Of a stretch of 64,000 nt of DNA, positions 20,038 to 29,237 are shown piece after piece. How positions within the stretch are numbered: the first letter of the stretch is position 1; each line of letters opens with the position of its first letter. This DNA is from a virus. Location of the stretch: the IMG/VR virus record IMGVR_UViG_3300032304_002326, positions 14,588-78,587 of that record. The stretch is one strand, 5' to 3'. A model generated the notes under the pieces. That model was given only the letters and a program-made list of their open reading frames with translations, was not told the origin of the DNA and made no database searches. Position numbers and translations under genes: made by a program.

Positions 20038-22449
20038 TTATCTACTTACCTCTTCCCAATCTATTGAAGCATATGCTCCTAAATTTCCACCAGTTGCATC
20101 TACAGCCATTTCAATTACTATTTCAAAAGCTGTCCCCGTAAAACTATTTCTTTCAAGTTGACTAGCAAATAATGCTTCTTTTAATATATTAATACTAGGA
20201 GAACCTTGATTAGATGAATTTATATACCCTTGTGCTAATATTCTACCTCCTGAAACAGAAGCTCCCGTAAGATTATATTCAACAGATGAATCAACTCCAG
20301 CAGAAACCCACGCACCTCCTGTGATAATAGCCCCATTTACAACTCTCCATGCATAGTTTTTACCATTACCTATCCCTAATAAAGATACTGCTGTAGTTAT
20401 AATTATAGCATCTAATGCAGTAGCCTTAACCCTAATCCCCACCATTGGATAATACGTTCCAGCTACAGCAAATGTTTTAGGTGTTGTGATAGGTGTCCCA
20501 ACCGCTAGTTGAGCACCCCTAAGTTCATAACCACCTTCAGATAATGCAGTAGAACACACTTGCTTTAAAGTACTTGGTATAGCTGTTACCCCTGTATTAG
20601 TAATCTCATACCTCAAAGGTAAAGATGCTGTGGTAATATAAGTAGATGTTATTAAATTAGCGTGATTAAATCTATGACAAAGAATAAAATTACCGTCTAT
20701 AACAAAACCTAATCTAACGGTCCCTTCTCCTAACCACTCAATATCCATAAATAATATCTGAGCTTTTGTAATATCTAATACTAAACCAGAAGGCCCAGTA
20801 CCATCCATTTTATCAACATTCCACGCCGATTGATTTACTACAGATTCAGTAACTACACCAGTAACCAAACTTCTTTCTACAAAACTTAAAGTAGAGTTGT
20901 TAAGTTGTAAGTAAAGCCCATTATCACTACCAAAGTAACCTACTCTTTGTCTAAGATTAGTTTGAGCTGGAGCCATTACAAATGTATTATATATTAGTAA
21001 TGACTTACCTGGTTGGTATGATATTACTTTAAATGTTTCTCTAAGAACTTGTGAGCCACTTGTTGTATTTACATTTAAATTTACCAATCCTTCATTTGCA
21101 CTAAATACTGCTGCACCCCCACTTGCTGTAGAAGTAGCCCATAACCCATTGTCTTTATATCTATGTGAAGAATCAAATAAAGTTAATGGATTTGAAACCC
21201 TTAATCTACCAAATGCATCACCCAACATTGGATTATTAGTTAATATTGATTGATTAGATACAGTAACAGTACCATCTACAGTAATTGAATTACCACCATC
21301 TTGTATATTTACAGCAGCTGCACCAGCACCATTCTGAACTGTTATACTTTCTAATGCAGATAATGTTGCAGCATCTAATGCGACTGTACTATTAGTGACA
21401 TCAACTTTATCCGTTGCAAATACTAAATTTCTAATATCTAAATCAGTAGCATCAACTGTGATTGAATTACCACCATCTTGAATATTAACAGCTGAAGCTC
21501 CAGAAGTATTTCCAATAGTTGCATTTAAATTAGACGCTGTAGGTTGAATAATTGTGAAATTACCAGTACCAGCATTTGCAGTAACAGTACCATCTACAGT
21601 AATTGAATTACCACCATCTTGAATATTAACAGCTGATGAACCAGCACCATTCTGAACCGTTATATTTTCTAATGCAGTAAGTGTTGTAGCATCTAAAGCA
21701 ATAGTACTATTGCTAACGTCAACCTTATCTGTTGCAAATACTAAATCTCTAATATCTAAATTATTAGCATCTACAGTTATACTATTACCACCATCTTGAA
21801 TATTAACAGCTGAAGCACCAGCACCATTCTGAACCGTTATATTTTCTAATGCAGTAAGTGTTGCAGTACTTAAACTTACCGTACCATCCACAGTAATCGA
21901 ACCACCAGCGTCATCTATTGAAATAACATTACCACCATCTTGAATATTAACAGCGGAACCACCACCAGTATTATTAATCGTAACATCACCAATATCAGTA
22001 CCATTAACTAATTTATTATTAATATTAGTTAATATTGTTTGAGTATTGGTTACAGCAGTTAGTACTAATTTTTGAGTATCTTCTAAATTTATATCAGTTG
22101 TATTTGAAACTATTAAACTTAAAAAAGTATTTGGATTGATATATGATAACGGTGGTGTGGGTATTGATGGTGTGTTAGAATTTGGTAAATAATAAGTAGG
22201 TGGGTTAAATGCACCAGTTGAACTATTCCATACTCTAACCTCTAAATAAGTAACATCTAAATTATCAACAACCAATTTAGTTTCATAATCACTTTGTTGC
22301 TGAACTGCTGACAATATTGATAAAGAAGTTAACTCAGTTGCTAAATAAGCACCATTTGAATTTACCGAAATAATTTGGTCACTAGGTAAAACAACTGGGT
22401 CACTTTCAGCCATCGTTTTTTGACCTTTTGTATTTGGAAATTGATTCAT
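20038..22449 (-). CDS. Repeat-containing fibre/decoration-like structural protein with C-terminal globular domain
   Basis: Five 'AVNIQDGGN' repeats; 'DAFGRLRVSNPLTLFDS' begins a beta-rich C-terminal domain. Confidence 0.6.
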   Translation of the reverse strand: MNQFPNTKGQKTMAESDPVVLPSDQIISVNSNGAYLATELTSLSILSAVQQQSDYETKLVVDNLDVTYLEVRVWNSSTGAFNPPTYYLPNSNTPSIPTPPLSYINPNTFLSLIVSNTTDINLEDTQKLVLTAVTNTQTILTNINNKLVNGTDIGDVTINNTGGGSAVNIQDGGNVISIDDAGGSITVDGTVSLSTATLTALENITVQNGAGASAVNIQDGGNSITVDANNLDIRDLVFATDKVDVSNSTIALDATTLTALENITVQNGAGSSAVNIQDGGNSITVDGTVTANAGTGNFTIIQPTASNLNATIGNTSGASAVNIQDGGNSITVDATDLDIRNLVFATDKVDVTNSTVALDAATLSALESITVQNGAGAAAVNIQDGGNSITVDGTVTVSNQSILTNNPMLGDAFGRLRVSNPLTLFDSSHRYKDNGLWATSTASGGAAVFSANEGLVNLNVNTTSGSQVLRETFKVISYQPGKSLLIYNTFVMAPAQTNLRQRVGYFGSDNGLYLQLNNSTLSFVERSLVTGVVTESVVNQSAWNVDKMDGTGPSGLVLDITKAQILFMDIEWLGEGTVRLGFVIDGNFILCHRFNHANLITSTYITTASLPLRYEITNTGVTAIPSTLKQVCSTALSEGGYELRGAQLAVGTPITTPKTFAVAGTYYPMVGIRVKATALDAIIITTAVSLLGIGNGKNYAWRVVNGAIITGGAWVSAGVDSSVEYNLTGASVSGGRILAQGYINSSNQGSPSINILKEALFASQLERNSFTGTAFEIVIEMAVDATGGNLGAYASIDWEEVSR

Positions 22450-22517
22450 ATAATATTTATATATAAATATTTAATTATTTGAAAAAGAATAGATATTTTA
22501 ATTTTAATATTATTTAA

Positions 22518-22548
22518 TTTAAATACATCTTTACAAATTTATATTTTT
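22518..22548 (+). repeat. 31-bp direct repeat, copy 2
   Basis: Identical to 19946-19976. Confidence 0.9.
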
Positions 22549-22563
22549 AATTATATTTATTAT

Positions 22564-22635
22564 TATAGTTAACTCCGTATTGGTTTCGAGTCAAATTTGA
22601 CTTTAGAGTTGTTTAGGCAACAAAGAAATTGGTAC
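22564..22635 (+). promoter_or_regulatory. Putative structured 5' leader RNA (three-way junction) of gene 22666
   Basis: 22577-22587 pairs with 22625-22635 (WC+GU), enclosing hairpins 22588-22603 and 22608-22621; ATATTTAT at 22553-22560. Confidence 0.4.
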
Positions 22636-22665
22636 ATTAATAACAAAAATTAAAAAGTTAAAAAA

Positions 22666-23478
22666 ATGAAAATTAGTTTAAACAATGAGGTTTCTACACC
22701 TCAAGCATTTATTGCTGTTAATAAAAGTAGAATTAAACAATATGATAAGTCTGGTGACACACCAACTTACTACCTACAAAAAGGTCAAGAATTCCAATTA
22801 GAATTATTTAATCCAACCAATGGAACCATTTTAGCTAAGATTTTCTTAAATGGAAATGCTATATCACAAGGTGGACTCGTTTTAAGACCAGGAGAGCGCA
22901 TTTTTCTAGATAGATATATCGATGTAGCCAAAAAGTTTTTATTCGACACCTACGAGGTTGAAAATACGTCTGAGGTTAAAAAAGCTATTGAAGACAATGG
23001 TGATTTTAAAGTTGAATTTTACAGAGAGTTCGTATTTAATAACTATGGTGGTTATTTAAACTTAAATAATAATACCACAGTAACCACATATAATACAAAT
23101 TTAACTAATTATAGTGATGTAAATACATATGATATTAGATGTAATTCTTTAAATGATTTTAATTCATCATTTACAAACACATCAATTAATCAAAATACAA
23201 CACCAGAAGGTCCAAACCGAAGACAATTAAAATCAAAAAAAACAAAATCAATTGAAACTGGTAGAGTTGAACAAGGTTCATCATCTAATCAAAAATTACA
23301 AACAGTAAATAAGAATTGGGAATACTCCCCATTTCATACTATTGAATATAAAATGTTACCATTATCACAAAAGATAAACACAATTGAAGATATTAATATA
23401 AAAAGATATTGCACCAATTGTGGTTCCAAATTAAAAGTAGAGTTTAAATATTGTCCATTATGTGCAACTAAAATTTAA
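22666..23478 (+). CDS. Hypothetical phage protein with C-terminal double CxxC zinc ribbon
   Basis: 'CTNCG...CPLCA'. Confidence 0.75.
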   Translation: MKISLNNEVSTPQAFIAVNKSRIKQYDKSGDTPTYYLQKGQEFQLELFNPTNGTILAKIFLNGNAISQGGLVLRPGERIFLDRYIDVAKKFLFDTYEVENTSEVKKAIEDNGDFKVEFYREFVFNNYGGYLNLNNNTTVTTYNTNLTNYSDVNTYDIRCNSLNDFNSSFTNTSINQNTTPEGPNRRQLKSKKTKSIETGRVEQGSSSNQKLQTVNKNWEYSPFHTIEYKMLPLSQKINTIEDINIKRYCTNCGSKLKVEFKYCPLCATKI

Positions 23479-24548
23479 TTTAAAAATTGGTTCCATGATT
23501 CCCAACCATTATATTTATAAACATAATCTGGTCTTTTAGGAATATATGATGGTAGATTTTTAGTTAACGTTCTCCAAATAGATTCCGATTTAATATCACA
23601 ATTTTTATTAACCCATTCCTTACTATCTTTATAAGATAAAAAATGGGTTATTTTTTTCTTCCCAATATATTTAATATTTTTTGGTAAATCATTACCAAAA
23701 AAATCATTATATGAAATCCATTCATTTTTATAAACATTAATTGGGTTTCTAGGTAAACCTAAATTTTTATTTTCTAAATACCAATTTGTGTATTCTGATT
23801 TAGTTGTTAATTTTAAATCTTTAATTATTAATTTAGCTTCAGAATAATTTATTAATTTAATTTTATTTTTTTTTATTATTAATTTTTTTTTATTAATTTT
23901 TGGTTTAGTATTTAAAAAAGAATACCAAGATTCCCAACCTTTACCTTTATAATATTGAGCTGGATTATATGGCATTTTATTTTTTCTAAAAATACGATAT
24001 TCTTCTATATTTTTAATTTTCTCTTTAATAACTATTTCTTTTAATTCATTGTAACTTAAAAAACTATTATTATTAAAAAAATCAGTCCAGTTCTTCCAAT
24101 CTCTATTTTTATATACTGAATCTGGTCTTTTAGGAAAACATTCGGGTAATTCACCTAATTTTATCCATTTACGCCATTTTTTTTCTGAATTAATGTTAGG
24201 TATATTATTTAACACCCATTCTTTCATTTCTACTAATGTTGATTCATATTTAGAATAACTACTACCTTCACCACCTTTACTTAAATTAGTTAAATTAGGT
24301 ATTTGCCCTATCCAATATTTTTCTCGTTCTACCCAATTATCTTCATTACATTCTTCTATAATATGTATTTTTAATTCTTCATTATTATTTAAAACTTTAC
24401 GAATCCAATTATTCTTATGTGTTATTATACCTCGTTTAGCTTCACAAATGTGGTCATTTTTCCTAATTATTGGTCTATATGATTTACCAATATATCTTAT
24501 TATATTATCATACCCTGATAATCCATAAATATAAATTTTATCACTCAT
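23475..24548 (-). mobile_element. Free-standing GIY-YIG homing endonuclease with 'P-x-x-P-x-x-x-Y-K-x-x-x-W-x-x-W' repeats
   Basis: 'IYIYGL...IRYIGKS', 'REKYWI', 'NLSKGGEG'; four C-terminal repeats; start at MSDKIY. Confidence 0.85.
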
Positions 24549-24605
24549 GATGTTTTTATTATAAATATACAAAAATTTATAAAAATCACATTTTAGATAA
24601 AACTT

Positions 24606-24665
24606 TGTGGTTCTAAATTAGGTAAGGGTGATAAATTTTGTGCTAACTGCGGCACAAAAGCTTAA
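24606..24665 (+). pseudogene. Orphaned original 3' end of gene 22666 (CGSKLGKGDKFCANCGTKA*)
   Basis: Same length and register as current end CGSKLKVEFKYCPLCATKI* (23419-23478); followed by terminator. Confidence 0.85.
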
Positions 24666-24692
24666 ATAAAAATAACTGAGTTAACTATATAA

Positions 24693-24716
24693 GGGGAGTT
24701 TTTACTCCCTTTTTTA
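24693..24716 (+). terminator. Intrinsic terminator
   Basis: GGGAGT-TTTT-ACTCCC followed by T run. Confidence 0.75.
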
Positions 24717-24745
24717 TTTAAATAAGTTTTTTTATTAAAAAAAAA

Positions 24746-24775
24746 TTGTTATTTTAAATATTATTTGTATATTTG
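24746..24775 (+). promoter_or_regulatory. Bacteroidota-type primary sigma promoter
   Basis: TTG (24746-48), 19-nt spacer, TATATTTG (24768-75). Confidence 0.6.
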
Positions 24776-24790
24776 TAAAAAAATAAAAAT

Positions 24791-24964
24791 ATGGAAAATA
24801 CTAACATGTTATCTAGCAATAGTGCTATTGCTTCTGAAGTAATCAAATTGGAAAAGAAATATCCTAATAATATGGATTTAGGTTTTGCAATTAGAAAATT
24901 GTTACTTGAAAATCGTGAAAAATACGATTTATTATTAAAAAGTATTGAAAACAAAAAAGGCTAG
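24791..24964 (+). CDS. Small hypothetical protein (57 aa, MENTNMLSSNSAIASEVIKLEKKYPNNMDLGFAIRK...), not in ORF track
   Basis: Open frame directly downstream of the promoter. Confidence 0.6.
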   Translation: MENTNMLSSNSAIASEVIKLEKKYPNNMDLGFAIRKLLLENREKYDLLLKSIENKKG

Positions 24965-25068
24965 ATAAACTCTAGCCTTTTATATGAATTAGATTTTTAT
25001 TATCTTAATTCGTTAATGTTAAATGTTGGAACACCATCAACTTTTACGTGACCGTAGAATCTGTTGTT
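24948..25068 (-). repeat. Displaced copy of major capsid gene 3' end (NNRFYGHVKVDGVPTFNINELR*), 3' UTR and terminator
   Basis: Direct repeat of 25872-25993; identical peptide, 12 synonymous codon differences. Confidence 0.92.
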
Positions 25069-25079
25069 AAAACTTGCTT

Positions 25080-25853
25080 TTATAATAATTTATACATAAA
25101 AATATCATCTTCATCATCTGTTGTTCTATATTTAGAAAAACCATACTTACTGTAAATTTGATAAAGTATATCTGAGTCTATTTCCGAATCATCATCAACC
25201 CTCAAAAATAATGATTTATATCCTTTATTTTTGCCGAAATCATATAACCAATTCATAGTTTCTGTCATATAATTTTTACCTCTAAATTCTGGCAAAATTT
25301 TAATGTCAACAATAGCTAAAGGATTTGGTAAATTAACATCAATCCAATAATATTCTTTCCTCGCTGGCGATAATATTATATAACCCACTTTTTCACCATT
25401 AACAATAATATCATTATATTCATCAGTTGATGGGTTTTCTATATTTATTGATTCATTTAATGAATCAGAACCAGTTCCTTTATATATTAATTCAATTGAA
25501 TTTGGTGGGATATTTTCAAAAGTGATTATTCGTTTATCTTCTAAATCAAAATTAGGGTCAATATACCATTTGTTTTTAAGTTTGGTCGTATCTATTTTGT
25601 ATATATCATCATCATAGGTTGAATCCCACCAATCTTTTTTATTATCACTATTAACCGCAAATATGACTTTACCTTCAATAGGTGTATTAGATAACCAAGT
25701 TTCACTCTTTCCCTTTGGAATTAAACCTTCTTTTGATATGACATCCCTAAAATACGAATTTGATGTATGATACACATACTTATTTGGGATTATTTCTTTT
25801 AATTTACGATTATTTAACGATTCTCTCAGTAACTTTTGTATTAATGTTTTCAT
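25080..25853 (-). CDS. Two-domain protein: ADP-ribosyltransferase/Tpt1-like fold plus GNAT acetyltransferase, with 'IQKLLRE' leader
   Basis: 'VYHTS...ISKEGLIP...ENIPP' ART-like; 'ILPEFRGKNY...YSKYGF' GNAT; internal 'SLNES'. Confidence 0.55.
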   Translation of the reverse strand: MKTLIQKLLRESLNNRKLKEIIPNKYVYHTSNSYFRDVISKEGLIPKGKSETWLSNTPIEGKVIFAVNSDNKKDWWDSTYDDDIYKIDTTKLKNKWYIDPNFDLEDKRIITFENIPPNSIELIYKGTGSDSLNESINIENPSTDEYNDIIVNGEKVGYIILSPARKEYYWIDVNLPNPLAIVDIKILPEFRGKNYMTETMNWLYDFGKNKGYKSLFLRVDDDSEIDSDILYQIYSKYGFSKYRTTDDEDDIFMYKLL

Positions 25854-25879
25854 ACCTATAAATATCTATATAAAACAAA

Positions 25880-25906
25880 AAAGGCTAGATTAACTTCTAG
25901 CCTTTT
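25880..25906 (-). terminator. Terminator of major capsid gene (duplicated near 24957-24980)
   Basis: AAGGCTAGA/TCTAGCCTT stem followed by T run on minus strand. Confidence 0.75.
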
Positions 25907-25924
25907 ATATGAATTAGATTTTTA

Positions 25925-27712
25925 TTATCTTAATTCGTTGATATTGAATGTAGGTACACCGTCCACTTTTACATGACCATAGAACCTATTATTCACAACT
26001 TTCTTCGCATATCTAGTCATGATACCTTTAACTGGTGCGAAGTTGAATGGATTGTACATTGTAGGTGTAAGTTGCATTGGCACGTATGGTGCGTAGATGT
26101 AACCTGTATCTAACAATGATTTTCCTTTATGACCGATAATCGCTGAGTAGAAAGGTGCATATGGGTCACGGTACACTTGGTAACGTCCGCTTAATGAACC
26201 GATTCTTTCAATACCCATGTTGTATTGGTCTTGCTCTGGGTTAGCATCACTTACGTGGAAGTATTCTAAATCATCCATGATTGCAGATATTTCAGAAGAT
26301 ACTACGATAAAGTTAGCACCACCTCTAAGAGTTGATTTGTGAATTTGAGCTGAAATTTGGTTAATTCTAGTAATGAAAGTTTGATTCCACTCTTTTTGTG
26401 TATATGGTGATGCAGCAGAAGAAGCTTTTCTCCATCCGTTGTAATCCCATCTTAATTGCCATGCAGCAGCTTTTCTTAAGTCTCTTAAGATTTCACGGTC
26501 AATTTCAGCAGCAACTTGCTCAGAAAGCATTGCAGTTAATTCAGCTTCAGCATCGATGTTGTGGAATGCACTAACGTCTTGCGCTAACTCTGGAGACCAT
26601 GTAGCTCTTAATTTTCTTTCTTCTACAGAAACAACAACTTCATCCAATTTGAATGATACTTCACCCATTTCAGTTTCTAACTCTAATGAATCGTAACGAC
26701 CCCAAGCGATAAAGAAATCAGCAGCAGTTTCAGTTGTACCAGTAGTACCAATATAACCATCATAAGTTGATGTAGTACCAACTACTGGGTGTGTTAAATC
26801 CATTTCAACATAAAGAAAACCTTTAGCATCACAGATATCTTTATAATCTACGATACCTCTACCATATTTTTGAGTTACTAATCTAAAAGGAACTTGAGAA
26901 CCTTGAGCGATAATTACATTACCATCTGAGTCTAATAAATCTACGTTAGAAACAATGTTTAAAGATGCTAAGAAAGCTTCTGAATCCATTTCATTTCCGT
27001 CTGGACCTGTTAATCTACCAGCATTAACTGAAGAGAAACCAGAGATAGCCATAATAGCGTTTCTTAAAGTTCCGTCAGTTGCTAATGGTAAAGCACCAAA
27101 GTTAGCAGCAACAGTAAATTGACCATTAGTACCTAATGTTTGTAAAGCACCAAAACCAGCAACGATATTTAATGTACCTTTAGAATTATCAAATAATCCG
27201 TCATTGTAGAAAATATCATATAAGTTTTTACCTTCAAATGGAGTCATAACACAGTTACCTAATGTACTAACACATGATGGTAATTGGTCACCCATTGAAG
27301 TGTGTGCAGAATATACAGAGTTTTCACTACCGTAAATATAATCGTTAGTTCCAGGATTTCCTAAACCGTCAACTCTAGATGATGTAACTGGTACGAAGAA
27401 GAACAATTTACCGATTGGCATGTTCATAGCTTGTACAGATACTACATCATTAGCTAATAATTTAGAGAATACTCTTCTTACGATTGGGAAAACTACAGTT
27501 TCAAAAGAACCTGATGACGTAGAGTCAGTAGCTTCTGTTAAAATTGAAGATGCTTGGTTTTCATATAACTGAGCAACGTTTTCTTTAACGTGGCCTTTAA
27601 GACCTTCTAAGAATCCTAATGATTCCCATTTTGATTGGGTTTGTCTACGGATTTCCTTCATGTGGTTTAATCCGATGTTCCCAACTTGTCCTGAATTTAA
27701 AAATTGTGACAT
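25925..27712 (-). CDS. Major capsid protein, T4 gp23-like
   Basis: 'VQAMNMPIGKLF', 'RKLRATWSPELAQD', 'DAEAELT.MLSE..AEIDREI', 'GANFIV.S', 'YAPYVP', 'GIMTRY'. Confidence 0.95.
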   Translation of the reverse strand: MSQFLNSGQVGNIGLNHMKEIRRQTQSKWESLGFLEGLKGHVKENVAQLYENQASSILTEATDSTSSGSFETVVFPIVRRVFSKLLANDVVSVQAMNMPIGKLFFFVPVTSSRVDGLGNPGTNDYIYGSENSVYSAHTSMGDQLPSCVSTLGNCVMTPFEGKNLYDIFYNDGLFDNSKGTLNIVAGFGALQTLGTNGQFTVAANFGALPLATDGTLRNAIMAISGFSSVNAGRLTGPDGNEMDSEAFLASLNIVSNVDLLDSDGNVIIAQGSQVPFRLVTQKYGRGIVDYKDICDAKGFLYVEMDLTHPVVGTTSTYDGYIGTTGTTETAADFFIAWGRYDSLELETEMGEVSFKLDEVVVSVEERKLRATWSPELAQDVSAFHNIDAEAELTAMLSEQVAAEIDREILRDLRKAAAWQLRWDYNGWRKASSAASPYTQKEWNQTFITRINQISAQIHKSTLRGGANFIVVSSEISAIMDDLEYFHVSDANPEQDQYNMGIERIGSLSGRYQVYRDPYAPFYSAIIGHKGKSLLDTGYIYAPYVPMQLTPTMYNPFNFAPVKGIMTRYAKKVVNNRFYGHVKVDGVPTFNINELR

Positions 27713-27741
27713 AATTTTTTATTTTTTTTGTTTTGTTATTA

Positions 27742-29130
27742 TTATCTTTTTTCGACTCTACTCATTAAGTCTTTTATTCTTTGAGTTTCTTTGTCGATGT
27801 ATGCGGTAGACTCATTTAATTGTTTTGACACACCGCTTGAAACGTCTTTATTTAATTTTCTATCGATTGATTCATTCATTGGTTTTCTAGAAGACAATTC
27901 ATTAACAATCGTTTTGTATAACTTTTTTGATTCTTTAAGAGTTGAAACTTCTTCGTCAAATCTTTTTAAGATTGACTGTTTCTCATCTTTAGTTGTAGTT
28001 TGTTCCATAAATAACTTAGTTACATAAGTTAAGTTAGAGTTAAACACAACTGTTTCTGCTAACATAGTTCTAAATGTTTTAAGAGCTTCTTTGTATTCTT
28101 CATTTCTACCTCTTAAATCTCTAGCTTCCGCTAACAATGTATTATATTTGTTTGCAACCTCATTGATTGTCATTGTTGGTTTTTTAGACTCGTTTTGTAA
28201 CTTAGCATTTGTGTGTGATGTTGCAACTTTAGCAACTTTACCACCAACATATCTAGTTTCATCAACCATTTCTTCTTCTTCTTCAGTTTTCTTAACACCT
28301 GACATACCTTTAGGTAAATCAGTTGGTTGTGTTTCAGCGTATTCTTCCAAATCACCTTCAGACATAACCATGTCACCTTCAGCGTGAGCATATTTTACAG
28401 CATCATCATCGAATCCACCATCTAAATTATCACCAGCCCAGTTATCTTTACTTGCATTACCAAGTGGGGCTTTTTTACCATCAATGTTTTCCATTTCTTC
28501 AAGTGCAATTTCATACATAACCTCGTCAACTTCTTCTTCTTCACCACCAAATTCATTAGCACCAAATTCATCAGCACCAAATTCATCAGTACTAATTTCA
28601 GAACTATCAAGTTCAGATGTACCACCATTAGTTTTAATGATAAATTTTCCTGGTTCATTTACTGATAATTTAATATCACCAGTTTCATCGTCAACAACAA
28701 CTTCGATTTCGCTATCACCAGTTAACTCTTTGTAAACCTTGATAACGTCATCATCGGACGCTTGAGTCATATCTCTTACTTCTGTGTCTCCTCCAAGCGG
28801 TTCAGCGCTCATTCCCATATCGTCACCACCATTTAGGTCGTCACCTTCTTCTGAGTCATCAGATGTAAATTTAGAATCGTCAGCAACTTCTTCTGAGTCA
28901 TCAGCTGCATCATCAACAACTTCATCATCAACTGTTACATCAACATCTTCTGTTTCTTCATCAGCATCTTCTTCAACATAACCTTCTTCCAAAGATTCTT
29001 TCACTAGTCCGTCAATTTCTTCAATAGCTACACTACGAAGTATTTCTTTTGTGTTGGCGTTAAGTGCCTCTTGGATTCTCTTTGCATCCAAAAGAGCGCT
29101 TTCAATAATTGATTTATTTTTTTCTGCCAT
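27742..29130 (-). CDS. Prohead core scaffold protein (gp22-like)
   Basis: Very acidic, coiled-coil C-terminus, many [LIVM]-x-E sites, between protease and capsid genes. Confidence 0.7.
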   Translation of the reverse strand: MAEKNKSIIESALLDAKRIQEALNANTKEILRSVAIEEIDGLVKESLEEGYVEEDADEETEDVDVTVDDEVVDDAADDSEEVADDSKFTSDDSEEGDDLNGGDDMGMSAEPLGGDTEVRDMTQASDDDVIKVYKELTGDSEIEVVVDDETGDIKLSVNEPGKFIIKTNGGTSELDSSEISTDEFGADEFGANEFGGEEEEVDEVMYEIALEEMENIDGKKAPLGNASKDNWAGDNLDGGFDDDAVKYAHAEGDMVMSEGDLEEYAETQPTDLPKGMSGVKKTEEEEEMVDETRYVGGKVAKVATSHTNAKLQNESKKPTMTINEVANKYNTLLAEARDLRGRNEEYKEALKTFRTMLAETVVFNSNLTYVTKLFMEQTTTKDEKQSILKRFDEEVSTLKESKKLYKTIVNELSSRKPMNESIDRKLNKDVSSGVSKQLNESTAYIDKETQRIKDLMSRVEKR

Positions 29131-29181
29131 TTTTTAATGTTTTTTAAAATATTATTAAAGGGAAATACCCCTTACTTGTTT

Positions 29182-29189
29182 ATAAATAT
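29182..29189 (-). promoter_or_regulatory. Putative late promoter ATATTTAT (example before scaffold/capsid; about 20 copies before genes)
   Basis: Also + 6304, 12061, 18196, 22553, 45420, 48079, 54862, 62526 and - 9758, 22463, 24561, 25858, 30217, 32255, 36426, 41695, 48793, 51961, 54305, 62514. Confidence 0.6.
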
Positions 29190-29237
29190 GTTTATTTTAT
29201 CAAAAAGCTAAATTTTTAAAAAAAAATTGTTTTTTAA

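Noticed and set aside
21260-21960. Regularly recurring ~25-nt repeats (TTACCACCATCTTGAATATTAACAGC) resembling a CRISPR array
   Set aside because: They are in-frame coding repeats (AVNIQDGGN) with third-position variation, and the intervening sequences are similar to each other; no cas genes.
27791-28981. Short antisense or alternate-frame ORFs in the track (also 9916, 10502, 16505, 24754, 43960, 52036, 62511, 63593 and others)
   Set aside because: They overlap well-supported genes and have no motifs; treated as shadow ORFs.
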